Assembly (NCBI GenBank): GCA_041287245.1
Contig: JBEULP010000003.1
Span: 32,001 to 96,000 of the forward strand
Source: Infirmifilum sp.
GTDB lineage: Archaea > Thermoproteota > Thermoprotei > Thermofilales > Thermofilaceae
Reading direction: 5' to 3'
DNA: 64,000 nucleotides
In this document: piece by piece, positions 1 through 10,745 of the stretch
Position numbering within the stretch: the stretch's first letter is position 1
Layout of the letters: every line of letters begins with the position of its first letter
The notes under the pieces: model-generated
The model's input: only the letters and a program-made list of their open reading frames with translations
Database searches by the model: none
Told to the model about the DNA's origin: nothing
Translations under genes and position numbers: made by a program

Positions 1-3000
1 GGCCTCCTCTTATAGTCGACATCCACAATTCTGTACCTACCAGGCACAAGCTTAAAGTTCTGAGACAAGGGTAGAACCTTTAGAAAGCCCTCCTCAACCA
101 CCTCTGAAATATAATTGTACTCTTTCACGAAATAGTCCGACTTAACTTCAACTACACTCTCCTTTACACGTGCAGGCATCATCTGGCTCGCCATGAATCT
201 AGCAAAGATAAGACGGTACAATGCGAAGTGTTGACGTGTAAGAGGCAAGGGAAGCTGAAGCAATCCTTGTTGTATCTGCGTTGATAGAGTTTCAGCATCA
301 ATTGCCCTCGTTGGGCGTATACACTCGTGGGCACCTTCACTCCCCCACCTCCTGGCTACGAACATTTCTGGACCGAACTTTTCAGAGATGTAAGTCCTAG
401 CGACGTTTAAACCGGCGTCGGATACCTTGGTACTGTCGGTTCTATGATAAGTTATGAGACCGCTCTCGAACAGTTGTTGAGCTATCCTCATGGTGGTGTC
501 AGCACCCATGCCTAAGAGCCTGTTAGCGTCCTGCAGTAGAGTATCTGTTGTATAGGGCGGTGGTGGGTTAAGAGGCCTTTCCTCCGTTTTCTTTTCTTCA
601 ATGACAACCTCACTACCTTGAAGAAGCTTGGCTACAGCGCTTGGACGCTTACCGTCTAATTGAACGTTCTCAACAATAAGGTATACATTGTTTTCAAGCG
701 TGATCTTAAATATGGGCTTAACGCTCTCCATGGACTCCTTATATCTTTTAATAATCCAGCCTAGGACAGGGGTCTGAACCCGCCCAGCCGATAACCACGT
801 CATATCAAAATACTTCTGTAACTTTTGGCTGAGCGCAAAACCTATCCACCGATCCTCTATCCTACGCACAAACTGTGACATAACGAGGTTTAAGTTGATG
901 TCACGGGGGCTCTGAAGCGCCTCCTCAAACGCTTTACGCGTAACTTCATGGAACTCTATTCTCCTCAGAACCCTGGTAAATGGTTTAAGTGACATGTAAA
1001 TATCCCAGGAGATTTTCTCTCCCTCTGTGTCCGGGTCTGTAGCCAGAAGTACCTCGTCCACCTCATAGGCTAGCTCTTGAAGCATCTTTACTAGATCCAT
1101 CTTATCCAGAACCCTCTCGCTGCCACAGTAAGGGCAAAGCTTCAGCGTAGACCCTCTTCCCAGAACGTTGTGAGTAGCGCCGTCAGCCTTGAAATCTGTG
1201 AATTGGCGTCCACAGTCAAGACACCGTTTAAGCGAGGTAAAAACAGGTACAAACTCGTTACCCTCAGAATTAACGAGTACGCCATACTTGTTTACAGTGA
1301 AGTTTCTCAGGAAAAACTCCGTAGAAGTTATCAAGTCATAGACATGTCCCTGCGAAGCAACTATCTGGAGAATTCTACCTCCGGTTGAGGTCTCATATAC
1401 TATGATATTACCGAGTCGGCGTTTATTGGGTTTCCCAAAAAAGGAAGCTATTGTTCTAGCCTTCGTAGGTGACTCGACGATAACAAGCGTGGACTTCACA
1501 AGGTCTTTGGAGAGCCTACTTGAAAGCTTTCCCTGTAAAATAGATTCTATGAGTTCTCTTTCACGGGTAATTTCCGCCATTACTTTTTCAAGGTCGATTT
1601 CTTCTAACCTATTCCAGCGCGAATCCCCCGTGTAAAACCTCATCGACCTCATAAACTTCTCAAGCAGCACTGAGTCATTTTCAATCACAAGCGAAAGTCC
1701 CTTTGATATGCCTCCAGCGTAGAGCCTAGAGGTCCTCCCCGAAGCCTGTATGTATGTTAAGACGTCTGGTAACAGGACGTAGTAGTCTGAGCCTTCCATA
1801 ATGATTTTTACAGCAGTTTCCTTTGAAAGTCGCTCTAAGAACGCTGGATCGGAGAGATATCGTAACACAATATCTCGCAGCCTTATGAGGCTTCGCACCA
1901 GAACAGTGTAACGCCTATCAGTGCTTTCCTGAGCATACAACTCTTGGAGAACCCTATACTGTGTCGCGTCAAGCTGTAACATTCGACTCCTTATGTTAGC
2001 AATAAGTCTGTTGATCTCTACTGAGTCGCCTTTCTCGGCGAGCTGGGAAATGTTACTTGCAAGCTGTAAAAGCCTGGTTGGGGTAAGCTCCTCAGGCTTC
2101 AGTCTGAACTTGAACCTAGGTACGCCGACAAAAACGGCATACTTGACGATATGCGGTAAATCCAGCCCCCGCACCAGTAGCCCATAATAGCTTGCAATGC
2201 TTATAAGGACGTCAAGCTCACGACGACCATATCGCTCAAGAACCCCCCTCCTAGCCTTACCATAAATATATTCAGCCCTCAACCCCCTCTCGGAAAGCTC
2301 TGAGGCAAAAGCTGCAAGCTGCTCCTCAGGTGTACCCGTTGGAAAGAAAACAAGCCCTCCGCTTCCAAGCTTTGAAACAAGCTCAACAGCTTTAGCGGTA
2401 GTTTCTTGGTCACTAACAAGAGCATAGACATCTACAACATTTCTCAGCTGTTCACTTCTAGAGCCAATTTCAAACCCCAAGAGCTCACGGAAAAGCTTGA
2501 CCCTATGGCCCCTGGCCCTCCCTGTAGCGGTAGACACCACCAGAACTCCTCTTTTATGTCCATCCGCGAGTATAGAGTTAAGCTTTGATTGAAGTCTTTC
2601 TAGCTCAGATGAGGCGTCTTCATCCCTATTCTTATACCGGCTTGAAAAAAACAACCTTGTCTTAAGAGTAATGATCTCAAGGGCCGTTGAGATCTCCTCT
2701 TGAGAAAAGCCGAGCAGCATTAGAATCCTATCTATATTCTTCGACGATTTCAAGACAGAGTCGACGTCGTCTACAAAAATAAAGTCAAACTTCACACTTG
2801 CGATATCTTCAAAATGCCTAGCTAAGAACTGAGCAGTAGTAAGCAACATGGAGAACTCTCCCTTCGAAATCTTCTTTATAGCTTCTTCCTTTTCCTTCAC
2901 GGAAAGGCCTGTGTGATAAGCTACAATCTTTTCAGCGTCAAACCCAACCCTTTCAGAAAAAAGGAGGGTCTTTTCGTATACTTGACCTAGAAGAGTTGTC

Positions 3001-3446
3001 GTTGGCAATACAAGGTATACCCTGCCACCCCTAGACGCTAGATACAACCCCAAGGTTATACCAAAGACTGTCTTACCCACACCGGTGGGAGCAAGAACTG
3101 CAAAGCTAGAGCCTTTAAACACTCTCCTAGCCCAGGTTACCTGTGCCGACCACGGCTTACTGCCAACAGCCTTCTCAAAGAATTCCACGAACCGTGAAAG
3201 CTCCTCTTCAAGCTTACTGATCTCTCCAATTCTCCCGAGCTTTTTGCTTTTCTCCAAAAGCGACGCTACCTCCCTTAAGAAAGAGGCATACTCCAGCGTT
3301 GTTAGATCGCCCCGAGCCCCTAACCCACGAGGCAACGGGAGACACACGTGGCATGGAAGCCTTAAATCCAGCCTACTATCCGTTACAGAACCACTACAAT
3401 TCGGGCATAACTCGCGGAATATGGCACGTATACTACTCTCCCCCAC
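1..3446 (-). CDS. rgy: Reverse gyrase (3' end runs off the window)
   Basis: Manual translation from GTG at 3446 gives an N-terminal Zn finger (CPNC...CHVC), Walker A APTGVGKT, DDVD, and the topoisomerase IA motif GLITYHRTDS in the same frame (Tyr codon 447-449). Absent from the ORF track because it has no stop in the window. Confidence 0.97.
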   Translation of the reverse strand, partial: MGESSIRAIFRELCPNCSGSVTDSRLDLRLPCHVCLPLPRGLGARGDLTTLEYASFLREVASLLEKSKKLGRIGEISKLEEELSRFVEFFEKAVGSKPWSAQVTWARRVFKGSSFAVLAPTGVGKTVFGITLGLYLASRGGRVYLVLPTTTLLGQVYEKTLLFSERVGFDAEKIVAYHTGLSVKEKEEAIKKISKGEFSMLLTTAQFLARHFEDIASVKFDFIFVDDVDSVLKSSKNIDRILMLLGFSQEEISTALEIITLKTRLFFSSRYKNRDEDASSELERLQSKLNSILADGHKRGVLVVSTATGRARGHRVKLFRELLGFEIGSRSEQLRNVVDVYALVSDQETTAKAVELVSKLGSGGLVFFPTGTPEEQLAAFASELSERGLRAEYIYGKARRGVLERYGRRELDVLISIASYYGLLVRGLDLPHIVKYAVFVGVPRFKFRLKPEELTPTRLLQLASNISQLAEKGDSVEINRLIANIRSRMLQLDATQYRVLQELYAQESTDRRYTVLVRSLIRLRDIVLRYLSDPAFLERLSKETAVKIIMEGSDYYVLLPDVLTYIQASGRTSRLYAGGISKGLSLVIENDSVLLEKFMRSMRFYTGDSRWNRLEEIDLEKVMAEITRERELIESILQGKLSSRLSKDLVKSTLVIVESPTKARTIASFFGKPNKRRLGNIIVYETSTGGRILQIVASQGHVYDLITSTEFFLRNFTVNKYGVLVNSEGNEFVPVFTSLKRCLDCGRQFTDFKADGATHNVLGRGSTLKLCPYCGSERVLDKMDLVKMLQELAYEVDEVLLATDPDTEGEKISWDIYMSLKPFTRVLRRIEFHEVTRKAFEEALQSPRDINLNLVMSQFVRRIEDRWIGFALSQKLQKYFDMTWLSAGRVQTPVLGWIIKRYKESMESVKPIFKITLENNVYLIVENVQLDGKRPSAVAKLLQGSEVVIEEKKTEERPLNPPPPYTTDTLLQDANRLLGMGADTTMRIAQQLFESGLITYHRTDSTKVSDAGLNVARTYISEKFGPEMFVARRWGSEGAHECIRPTRAIDAETLSTQIQQGLLQLPLPLTRQHFALYRLIFARFMASQMMPARVKESVVEVKSDYFVKEYNYISEVVEEGFLKVLPLSQNFKLVPGRYRIVDVDYKRR

Positions 3447-3520
3447 AGTGTTATCGCTAGAACACCTCCTTTCAACCCCTTAAAGCTTTCGAGTTTAGGT
3501 TAAAAAAGAGGGAAAAACAC

Positions 3521-4456
3521 TCATTGTTGAGAGGCCAGCTTCAAAAGCCTATTCCAGTTCTCCTCGATGTCTTTCTTTATCTCTTCAAGCAACCATCTGT
3601 TTTTCGGTTCTAGAAGAGAGTGGAACCTGCCCTGAAGCTTGAAGTAGTCTTCTACAGGCTTAGGCTCCTTCACTGGAACTGTTATCCTTATCTTACCATT
3701 CTCATACTCGTAGAGAGGCCATATCCTAGTCTGCACGGCTAGCCGGGCAACCTCAATACTCCTTGAGGGGTCAAAGTACCAGCCAGTTGGGCAGGGCGTG
3801 AAATAGTGTAGTACAACAGGACCCTTTACGGTGGCTGCCTTTACAAGCTTGTTATACATGTCGACCGGGAAGGCGGGGTTCATCGTAGCCGCATAGGGGA
3901 TTCCGTGGGCAATAGCTATCTCAATAAGATTTTTCTTCCTCTCAAGCTTCCCGGGGATAACCTTCCCAGCCGGGCTAGTAGTCGTCGAGGCTCCTCTAGG
4001 TGTCGCACCACTGCGCTGAATCCCCGTGTTCATGTAAGCCTCGTTATCATAGCATATGTAGATAAGGTCGTGGCCTCTTTCAAGCGCACCGCTCAGAGCC
4101 TGGAATCCTATATCAAAGGTTCCACCGTCACCGCCAAAGACTACAACCTTTGGCTTGCGCTTTCCATACTTCTTCTCAAGAACCTTGAACGCTGACTCTA
4201 TTCCGCTGGCAACAGCAGCTGCGTTTTCAAAGGCAATATGAATCCACGGCACGCCCCAGCTTGTATACGGAAAGATCGTCGTGGCGACTTCAAGACAACC
4301 TGTAGCGTTGACAACCACCTTAGGATCTGGTACGGCTTTCAAAGCCAGCCGTACAACCTGCGGAATACCACATCCTGCGCAAAGCCTGTGTCCCGGCGCG
4401 AATTGTTCTGAACGCGGAATCTCCTTCAAAGTCTTAATAAATCTTGCTTCTCCCAT
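3521..4456 (-). CDS. porB: Pyruvate/2-oxoacid:ferredoxin oxidoreductase beta subunit
   Basis: GHRLCAGCG, TGCLEV, TPP motif GGDGG...YDNEAYMNTG, PCPTGW. Confidence 0.95.
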   Translation of the reverse strand: MGEARFIKTLKEIPRSEQFAPGHRLCAGCGIPQVVRLALKAVPDPKVVVNATGCLEVATTIFPYTSWGVPWIHIAFENAAAVASGIESAFKVLEKKYGKRKPKVVVFGGDGGTFDIGFQALSGALERGHDLIYICYDNEAYMNTGIQRSGATPRGASTTTSPAGKVIPGKLERKKNLIEIAIAHGIPYAATMNPAFPVDMYNKLVKAATVKGPVVLHYFTPCPTGWYFDPSRSIEVARLAVQTRIWPLYEYENGKIRITVPVKEPKPVEDYFKLQGRFHSLLEPKNRWLLEEIKKDIEENWNRLLKLASQQ

Positions 4457-5643
4457 TACTCCTCACCTCTTACACCTACCCATAGAGGCTCCTCAGGGGC
4501 CTCTCCCTTCTTCAAAACTTCTTCAGCCTTACTAACGATCTTCTCCACGTCAACAGGAGTGAAATCCCTGCCTCCAAGACCATAAATGACGTCGAATAAA
4601 AGTGGGTTCCTCTTCGCTTGCAGGAGGGTTGAGGCCACGTCCATGAAGAGCTGCGCTCCAGGGCTGCCGAAGCTTACACTACGATCCATCACAGCCACCA
4701 CTGAGGCGTCCTTCAGGGCCTCACGCAACTCCCTCTTCGGGAATGGTCTATACTGAGTCAGGCTCACAACACCAACCTTTTTACCCTTCTCTGCAAACCT
4801 CCTCGAAACATAACGCACAGTCCCCGCCGAGCTGCCGAGAACCATTAACACTACCTCAGCCCCCTCCACGTTGAATGTTTTAACAGGAGAGTAGCTACGA
4901 CCGGATAGCTCGCCATATTCCTCGAATACCTCTTTTATCACTGGACGCGTAGCCTCGAGCGAAACATATTGTAGTCGTTTATGCTCCATATACCAATCGA
5001 ATAGGTCGAGAGGACCGTACGTCATCGGCTTCTCAGGGTCTATTGGATTAACAGGTTGTTTCTTAGGCAGGAAACGCTTAACCTCTTCATCTTCTAGAAC
5101 ATGGAGCCCTTCGAGAGCATGGGTCAGTATGAACCCATCGAGATTTACAATACTAGGAAACAAGACCCTGTGGTCCTCAGAGATTCTGAAAGCCATCAAG
5201 GTCAAATCATAGGCTTCCTGAACATTCTCAGCGAAGAACTGTAGCCACCCCGTATCGCGTGCAGCATAAGCGTCATCGTGTGAACAGTGAATATTTATGT
5301 TAGGCGACAGAGCCCTGTTCCCCATAGCCATCACTATAGTGGTACGTAGTCCGGCGGCTATCCACAAGATTTCCCACATCAAAGCTAAACCCTGACTGCT
5401 CGTTGCCGTAAAGACCCTGGCGCCAGAGAGAGACGCTCCAATAGCTGCTGAAAGAGCACTGTGCTCGCTCTCAACAGGTATAAAAGCAGCGTCTAACTCG
5501 CCGTTGTTAACGTACTCAGCCAGAGTTTCAACAATTATAGTCTGGGGCGTTATAGGATACGCGGATATTACGTCTACTTCCGCCTGTTTAGCCGCAAAGG
5601 CGACCGCTCTATCTCCATTCATTCCAACAAGCTTACCCTTCAT
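4456..5643 (-). CDS. porA: Pyruvate/2-oxoacid:ferredoxin oxidoreductase alpha subunit
   Basis: AYPITPQT, ESEHSA, TATSSQGL, YGLGGRD; 1-bp overlap with porB. Confidence 0.95.
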   Translation of the reverse strand: MKGKLVGMNGDRAVAFAAKQAEVDVISAYPITPQTIIVETLAEYVNNGELDAAFIPVESEHSALSAAIGASLSGARVFTATSSQGLALMWEILWIAAGLRTTIVMAMGNRALSPNINIHCSHDDAYAARDTGWLQFFAENVQEAYDLTLMAFRISEDHRVLFPSIVNLDGFILTHALEGLHVLEDEEVKRFLPKKQPVNPIDPEKPMTYGPLDLFDWYMEHKRLQYVSLEATRPVIKEVFEEYGELSGRSYSPVKTFNVEGAEVVLMVLGSSAGTVRYVSRRFAEKGKKVGVVSLTQYRPFPKRELREALKDASVVAVMDRSVSFGSPGAQLFMDVASTLLQAKRNPLLFDVIYGLGGRDFTPVDVEKIVSKAEEVLKKGEAPEEPLWVGVRGEE

Positions 5644-5944
5644 TCCCTATCTCCCCCATCCTCATCTCTATCGCGTGGACAGGACAAACATTAGCACATA
5701 TCCCACAGCCCTTGCAGTAGTCATAATCAATCCTCACAGAGTCATCCTCGTTTCTTATGATAGCCGGCTCAGGACAGTGAACCCAGCATAGAAGACACCT
5801 GATGCACTTCTTGTTATCCAGCACAGGAGTAATTGCCCGCCAGTTTCCAGTCTTATTATAAAGACTCGTCTTAGGCTCTGGAATAACCCCACCGATAGGC
5901 AGGTCCTTCCAGCCCTTAATCTTTAAGACCAAACTCTCACTCAT
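5633..5944 (-). CDS. porD: Pyruvate/2-oxoacid:ferredoxin oxidoreductase delta subunit (2x[4Fe-4S])
   Basis: KTGNWR, CIRCLLCWVHCP, CKGCGICANVCP. Confidence 0.95.
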   Translation of the reverse strand: MSESLVLKIKGWKDLPIGGVIPEPKTSLYNKTGNWRAITPVLDNKKCIRCLLCWVHCPEPAIIRNEDDSVRIDYDYCKGCGICANVCPVHAIEMRMGEIGNEG

Positions 5945-6512
5945 ACTTTCTCACCTGTTCGTAGGCCTTCCTCACAGCCAGGATATTACTCTCTGCGATT
6001 TTAGAGTCCTTGCCAAACCTCCCAGATACAACTTTAACCACCGTCTCTATACTCACTATACCGCTAGCCTTTACGAACGCCCCAAGCATAGGCGTGTTAT
6101 AGAAAGGTCGCCCAAACACCTCCATCGCAATGCTGTAGGCGTCTACAACCCATAGCGAGGCGTTAAGCTTCCTTGCCGCTTCTACGAGCACCATATTAGG
6201 CTCAGTCGCATTCACAACCAAAAGCCCCCCAGACTTCAAACCCTGCGTGATATATTGCGTCTCAGACTGAAGAGAGGGGTCGATGACTATAACCGCGTCG
6301 GGAGTATAAATACTGGAGTGGAGCTCGATTGGATGCGTACTTATACGTGTATATGCCCGCACCGGTGCCCCTCTCCTCTCAGGGCCGAACTCGGGAGCAT
6401 GGTACACGTACTTGCCTTCCTGAAGTGCAGCTAGTCCTAGGAGCTCGCTGGAAGTAACGACTCCTTGGCCTCCACGGCCATGCCAGCGTACCTCGTACAT
6501 CTCCTCTTTCAT
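5937..6512 (-). CDS. porG: Pyruvate/2-oxoacid:ferredoxin oxidoreductase gamma subunit
   Basis: EVRWHGRGGQG, FGPERRGAPV; start trimmed to ATG 6512. Confidence 0.93.
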   Translation of the reverse strand: MKEEMYEVRWHGRGGQGVVTSSELLGLAALQEGKYVYHAPEFGPERRGAPVRAYTRISTHPIELHSSIYTPDAVIVIDPSLQSETQYITQGLKSGGLLVVNATEPNMVLVEAARKLNASLWVVDAYSIAMEVFGRPFYNTPMLGAFVKASGIVSIETVVKVVSGRFGKDSKIAESNILAVRKAYEQVRKYE

Positions 6513-6604
6513 TTTCTTTTCGTTTTTATTAAGCAACCGCGGTAATAAGGTTTGCCACTTAGCGCAGTTTATTAATTTCATCCACCAATTCTAACCAGAA
6601 TCCT

Positions 6605-7663
6605 ATGAGTAGACTACTGGTCGTTTACTCCGACGATTTGAGAAGAATCTCATTTACCCCTTTTTCCCTCCGCGAAGCTTGGACCAAACGCATCCAATTA
6701 TTCTACGACGATTACTTGCCCTTACTAGAGAAAAAAGCCGAGGTCGTCAAGGTACCTCTAGAGCCCATAGCAGAGGAGGATCTTTTACTCGCGCACACCC
6801 CCGAGTACGTTGAGTTTGTTAAGAGAAAATCCCAAGAGGGTAAAGGACTCCTCGACTATGGCGACACTCCAGCATATCCTCATGTCTTCGAGGATGCTGT
6901 TAAAACAGTCTCAGCCACACTCACTCTAACGAAGAAACTCGCCCCTAAAGGCGGAGTTGCCTTCAACCCTAACGGCGGTTTCCACCATGCGAGGAGATCC
7001 GCTGCGGGGGGGTTCTGCGTATTTAACGATCTCGCGTTGGCAGCACTTTGGCTGAAGAAAAACGGAGTTAGGAAGATAGCGATAGTAGATATAGATGCTC
7101 ATCACGGTGACGGGACCCAGCAAATCTTATATCGAGAAGATATCCTGAAGATAAGCATTCACGGTTATGGCTATGGATTCTACCCTGGGACAGGATGGAT
7201 CGATGAGATTGGGGAGGGCCAAGGCTATTGCCGAAACGTGAACATTCCTCTGCCTCTAGGATCCGGCGACGATGTATTTACAGTTGCCCTGGAAGAAGTT
7301 ATCTCGCCGGTCTTGAAAAAGTATAACCCAGACTTCCTGATTATTCAGGGGGGCGTTGACGCGCACGCAGGCGACCCCATAGCCGAGCTCCGATTCAGTG
7401 AGGCCTCCTACCTTCGTTTCTCATTACTAATTCAACGTTTTGTAGCCCTGGGAAAACCAGTACTAGTCGCCGGGGGCGGGGGCTACCTGCCAGAAACAGT
7501 GGCTCGAATATGGGCCTTGATGCTTGCTGTGCTGATTGGTCTGGATGCGCGTGATTTCATCGCAGGTGAAGACGAGACGTCGAGCACTAGCTTAATAGTT
7601 AATACGGTGAAAGACAGGATCAACTGGCTAAAAAACACTATAGAAGAAAAGTGCGGCTTCTAG
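6605..7663 (+). CDS. Histone deacetylase/AcuC-family Zn-dependent deacetylase
   Basis: GGFHHA, GFCVFND, DIDAHHGDGT, YPGTG, GVDAH, GGGGY. Confidence 0.92.
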   Translation: MSRLLVVYSDDLRRISFTPFSLREAWTKRIQLFYDDYLPLLEKKAEVVKVPLEPIAEEDLLLAHTPEYVEFVKRKSQEGKGLLDYGDTPAYPHVFEDAVKTVSATLTLTKKLAPKGGVAFNPNGGFHHARRSAAGGFCVFNDLALAALWLKKNGVRKIAIVDIDAHHGDGTQQILYREDILKISIHGYGYGFYPGTGWIDEIGEGQGYCRNVNIPLPLGSGDDVFTVALEEVISPVLKKYNPDFLIIQGGVDAHAGDPIAELRFSEASYLRFSLLIQRFVALGKPVLVAGGGGYLPETVARIWALMLAVLIGLDARDFIAGEDETSSTSLIVNTVKDRINWLKNTIEEKCGF

Positions 7664-7675
7664 CAAGTGCGCACG

Positions 7676-7930
7676 CTAGTAAATATCGATCTCTATGCCG
7701 AAAGCGCTGCCCTGCATGCTCACGATTACATCGACGTCCTTAGTCCCGGATACCTTCATTATTGAGTCGATAAGTCCTCCGATCTTGGAGAATAACTCTC
7801 CTGGGGTCTCACCAACACCATCTATTGCAAGTTTTATTCCTTTACCCTCAACCTGAACCTCGAACTGGGCATCCTTGAAAATGGTCTTTAATTTCTTCTC
7901 AACATCTGCTTTGGATATCACTTGCCTCAC
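7676..7930 (-). CDS. Hypothetical protein
   Basis: 84-aa ORF filling the gap with protein-like composition; no family recognised. Confidence 0.6.
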   Translation of the reverse strand: MRQVISKADVEKKLKTIFKDAQFEVQVEGKGIKLAIDGVGETPGELFSKIGGLIDSIMKVSGTKDVDVIVSMQGSAFGIEIDIY

Positions 7931-8084
7931 TAAGAAAGGCGAACCCCCCTTTGCTTAAAAACATATCGCGACACAGGTGCAGAAGGATTTCTACATGCAA
8001 AATGACTTTTATGGGTTTATGACTACTATAACGTGAAAAATATAAATGTAAAAATGTAAAAAATAAATAAAATAGGGTGGTCTT

Positions 8085-8393
8085 GTGTCCGAGAGAACGA
8101 GAAGGGGCACTAGAGGTCTTAATATAGAGTCCCTCCCATACAGGATAAAGGTTTATTCGAACAACCAGGTTCTAATACCAGCCTCCCTCGTGAGAAAACT
8201 CAACCTGCAAAAAGCCGTTAAAGTCGAAGTGAAAATACGATTTGGAGGAGCTGAACACTCCTTTTCAGTACACCTCCTTAAGACCAAGTATACAGATTCA
8301 CGACAGTTCACCATCCCAAAGGAGCTGCGTGAAAAAATCTCCTTGCTTCCAGGCTCTGAGATAGAAGTCGTAGAGATTCGGGCTATAGATTAA
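8085..8393 (+). CDS. AbrB/MazE/SpoVT-type DNA-binding protein (two swapped-hairpin repeats)
   Basis: KVYSNNQVLIPASLVRKLNL and SRQFTIPKELREKISLLPGSEIEV. Confidence 0.8.
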   Translation: MSERTRRGTRGLNIESLPYRIKVYSNNQVLIPASLVRKLNLQKAVKVEVKIRFGGAEHSFSVHLLKTKYTDSRQFTIPKELREKISLLPGSEIEVVEIRAID

Positions 8394-8400
8394 TGCGCAA

Positions 8401-8811
8401 TCAAACGACGCCGAGTCCCTCTTCTCCCACACTCCGACGCAAGGATGCGACAATAAGAAGAGCCCCCATTATGAAGTTAAAAAGCTCCGAGACCGAACTA
8501 GCGATTAGGCCAACGAGCTGTTCCTTCTCGCCTAGAGCGTAGAGAGGCGAGGAAACATACTTTAAAGCATTCCTAACGCCAATCGCATAGGAATAGGCGC
8601 TCTCGTAGTTTTTCAGCACTTCTTCGCCTATCTTCACTAGATTTGGATCACTTAGGTTAGCTATTATCTCCTCGTTCGCGATCTTTAACAGCTTCTCGAG
8701 GACTTGCAAGCCAAGCTCTACCGCCGCATCGTAGTCCTTCTTCGTAATGTAATCGTTAAACTGCTGGATGTATCTCTTCATGAGCTCGCTTAGCTCAATA
8801 GCGCTTGTCAT
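8401..8811 (-). CDS. Hypothetical alpha-helical protein
   Basis: 136-aa ORF, ATG start, AT-rich upstream region. Confidence 0.65.
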   Translation of the reverse strand: MTSAIELSELMKRYIQQFNDYITKKDYDAAVELGLQVLEKLLKIANEEIIANLSDPNLVKIGEEVLKNYESAYSYAIGVRNALKYVSSPLYALGEKEQLVGLIASSVSELFNFIMGALLIVASLRRSVGEEGLGVV

Positions 8812-8893
8812 GTTTTCAAAGACTGTAGAGGGAAAAACCCATTTTTATTTTTCGCAGCTAGAAAAGAATTTATTGCATGTTAAAAAGTGACTG

Positions 8894-10261
8894 ATGGCGC
8901 ACATGTGGTCGATTTTATACTATTTGAGAAACAACCCTGAGAAGCTCAGGTGGAACTTAAAAGCTAGGTTCATGGATGTTTCGATAGTTGACGAGGCTAT
9001 ACGTATAGACGAGGCTTGGCGCATAAAGAAAAGGGAGTATGACGAGACCAGGCACGAGCTGAACAGGGTTTCCGAGGAGATAAGCAAGCTGCCTCCTGGT
9101 GAGAGGGAGAGTGCTATAGGCCAGGCGAGAAGCCTGCGGGAAAAACTCCAGTTTATCGAGCAGGAGCTTGCCGATCTGGAGAAAAAGAGGGAGGGAGTTT
9201 TACGCAGAATCCCTAACGTTATCCATGAGAGTGTACCCATAGGTCCAGACGACACCTATAATACTCCTGTAAAGTATTGGGGAAAGCCTAAGGTTCCGCG
9301 AGAGTACTTGGAGACCTTCATGAAGGAGACCAAAGATAAGGGGTTCAACGTTGAGTACGAGGTTATTGACTGGAAACCTGTAGGGCACGCAGACTTCCTT
9401 GAGAGCAAGGGGTTGACAGCAACGGAGAAAGCTGCCGAGGTGGCTGGCTCAAGGTTCTACTATACTTTCAACGACATTGTATGGCTTGACATAGCGCTGA
9501 CTATGTATGCTCTTGAAAGCCTGGTGAAGAAGGGGTTCACGATACTGCAGCCCCCACTTATGCTCAGGCGTGAAGCATTGGAGGGTGTTATAAGCTTTGA
9601 AGATTTTAGAGACATGGTTTACAAGATTGAGGGGGAGGAGTTGTACCTCATAGGCACCGCTGAACATCCCATTGCCGCTCTCCATATGAACGATGTCTTG
9701 CCCGAGAAAGACCTCCCACTTCTCTATGCAGGGGTCAGTCAGTCCTTCAGGAAGGAGGCGGGTGCTCATGGGAAGGATATGAAGGGGATATTTCGCGTAC
9801 ACCACTTTAACAAGGTTGAACAGTTCGTGTTTTCTCACCCGGATGAGTCGTGGGAGTGGCATGAGAGGCTCCTGAGGAACGCCGAGGAACTCTGGCAGGG
9901 TCTAGGCATACCCTATCGGGTTGTTAACATAGCGTCTGGAGACTTAGGGGTTGTTGCCGCGAAGAAGTATGATATTGAGGCCTGGATGCCGGCCCAAGGT
10001 AAGTTCCGGGAAATGGTCTCATGCAGCAACTGCACGGACTGGCAGAGCTACAGGCTTAACATACGCTATGCAGAGGCTAAAGGAGCACCTACCAAGGGCT
10101 ATGTCCACACTCTTAACAGCACCGCACTTGCAATTCAGCGTACAATAACGGCCATAGTGGAAAATAATCAGAAGCCAGACGGTGTGGTTGTCGTGCCTAA
10201 AGTTCTCAGGAAATATCTGGAGCCGGTTGAGGATAAGCTTCGAGTCTTTGTTTTCGAGTAG
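8894..10261 (+). CDS. serS: Seryl-tRNA synthetase
   Basis: N-terminal coiled coil, YLIGTAEH, FRKEAG, KKYDIEAWMP, HTLNST. Confidence 0.97.
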   Translation: MAHMWSILYYLRNNPEKLRWNLKARFMDVSIVDEAIRIDEAWRIKKREYDETRHELNRVSEEISKLPPGERESAIGQARSLREKLQFIEQELADLEKKREGVLRRIPNVIHESVPIGPDDTYNTPVKYWGKPKVPREYLETFMKETKDKGFNVEYEVIDWKPVGHADFLESKGLTATEKAAEVAGSRFYYTFNDIVWLDIALTMYALESLVKKGFTILQPPLMLRREALEGVISFEDFRDMVYKIEGEELYLIGTAEHPIAALHMNDVLPEKDLPLLYAGVSQSFRKEAGAHGKDMKGIFRVHHFNKVEQFVFSHPDESWEWHERLLRNAEELWQGLGIPYRVVNIASGDLGVVAAKKYDIEAWMPAQGKFREMVSCSNCTDWQSYRLNIRYAEAKGAPTKGYVHTLNSTALAIQRTITAIVENNQKPDGVVVVPKVLRKYLEPVEDKLRVFVFE

Positions 10262-10317
10262 TGTTCGTGTCACGCTAAAATTTTTAAGCCGCCGAGTCGA
10301 AGAGAACAGGAGATAAT

Positions 10318-10716
10318 ATGAGTACACGTCCAGAGGAAGCTGGCAATATTAAAGTTGGTTCCTTCGTAGTTATAGACGGAGAGCCCTGCCGCGTAGTCGA
10401 GGTTGAGAAAAGTAAGACCGGTAAGCATGGCTCAGCTAAAGCTAGGATAGTGGGCATCGGCTTCTTCGACGGTGCTAAGAGAAGCCTCGTCGTGCCGACC
10501 GATGCTAGGGTAGATGTGCCGATCATTAGGAAATTCAACGCCCAAGTAGTCTCTTTAACCGGCGACACCCTAATGCTGATGAGTCTCGACGACTACACTA
10601 CAATAGAAGTCCCCATACCCACCGAAGAAGAGATAAAGAGTAAGCTCACCGAGGGAGCCGAAGTAGAAGTATGGGAGGTTATGGGAAGATATAAAATCAT
10701 GCGCGTGAGAGGCTAA
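10318..10716 (+). CDS. eif5a: Translation factor aIF5A
   Basis: Hypusine motif [10 protein letters not shown]. Confidence 0.97.
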   Translation: MSTRPEEAGNIKVGSFVVIDGEPCRVVEVEKSKTGKHGSAKARIVGIGFFDGAKRSLVVPTDARVDVPIIRKFNAQVVSLTGDTLMLMSLDDYTTIEVPIPTEEEIKSKLTEGAEVEVWEVMGRYKIMRVRG

Positions 10717-10745
10717 ATTTTTAGGTAAGCTCCGCATATTCTCTA

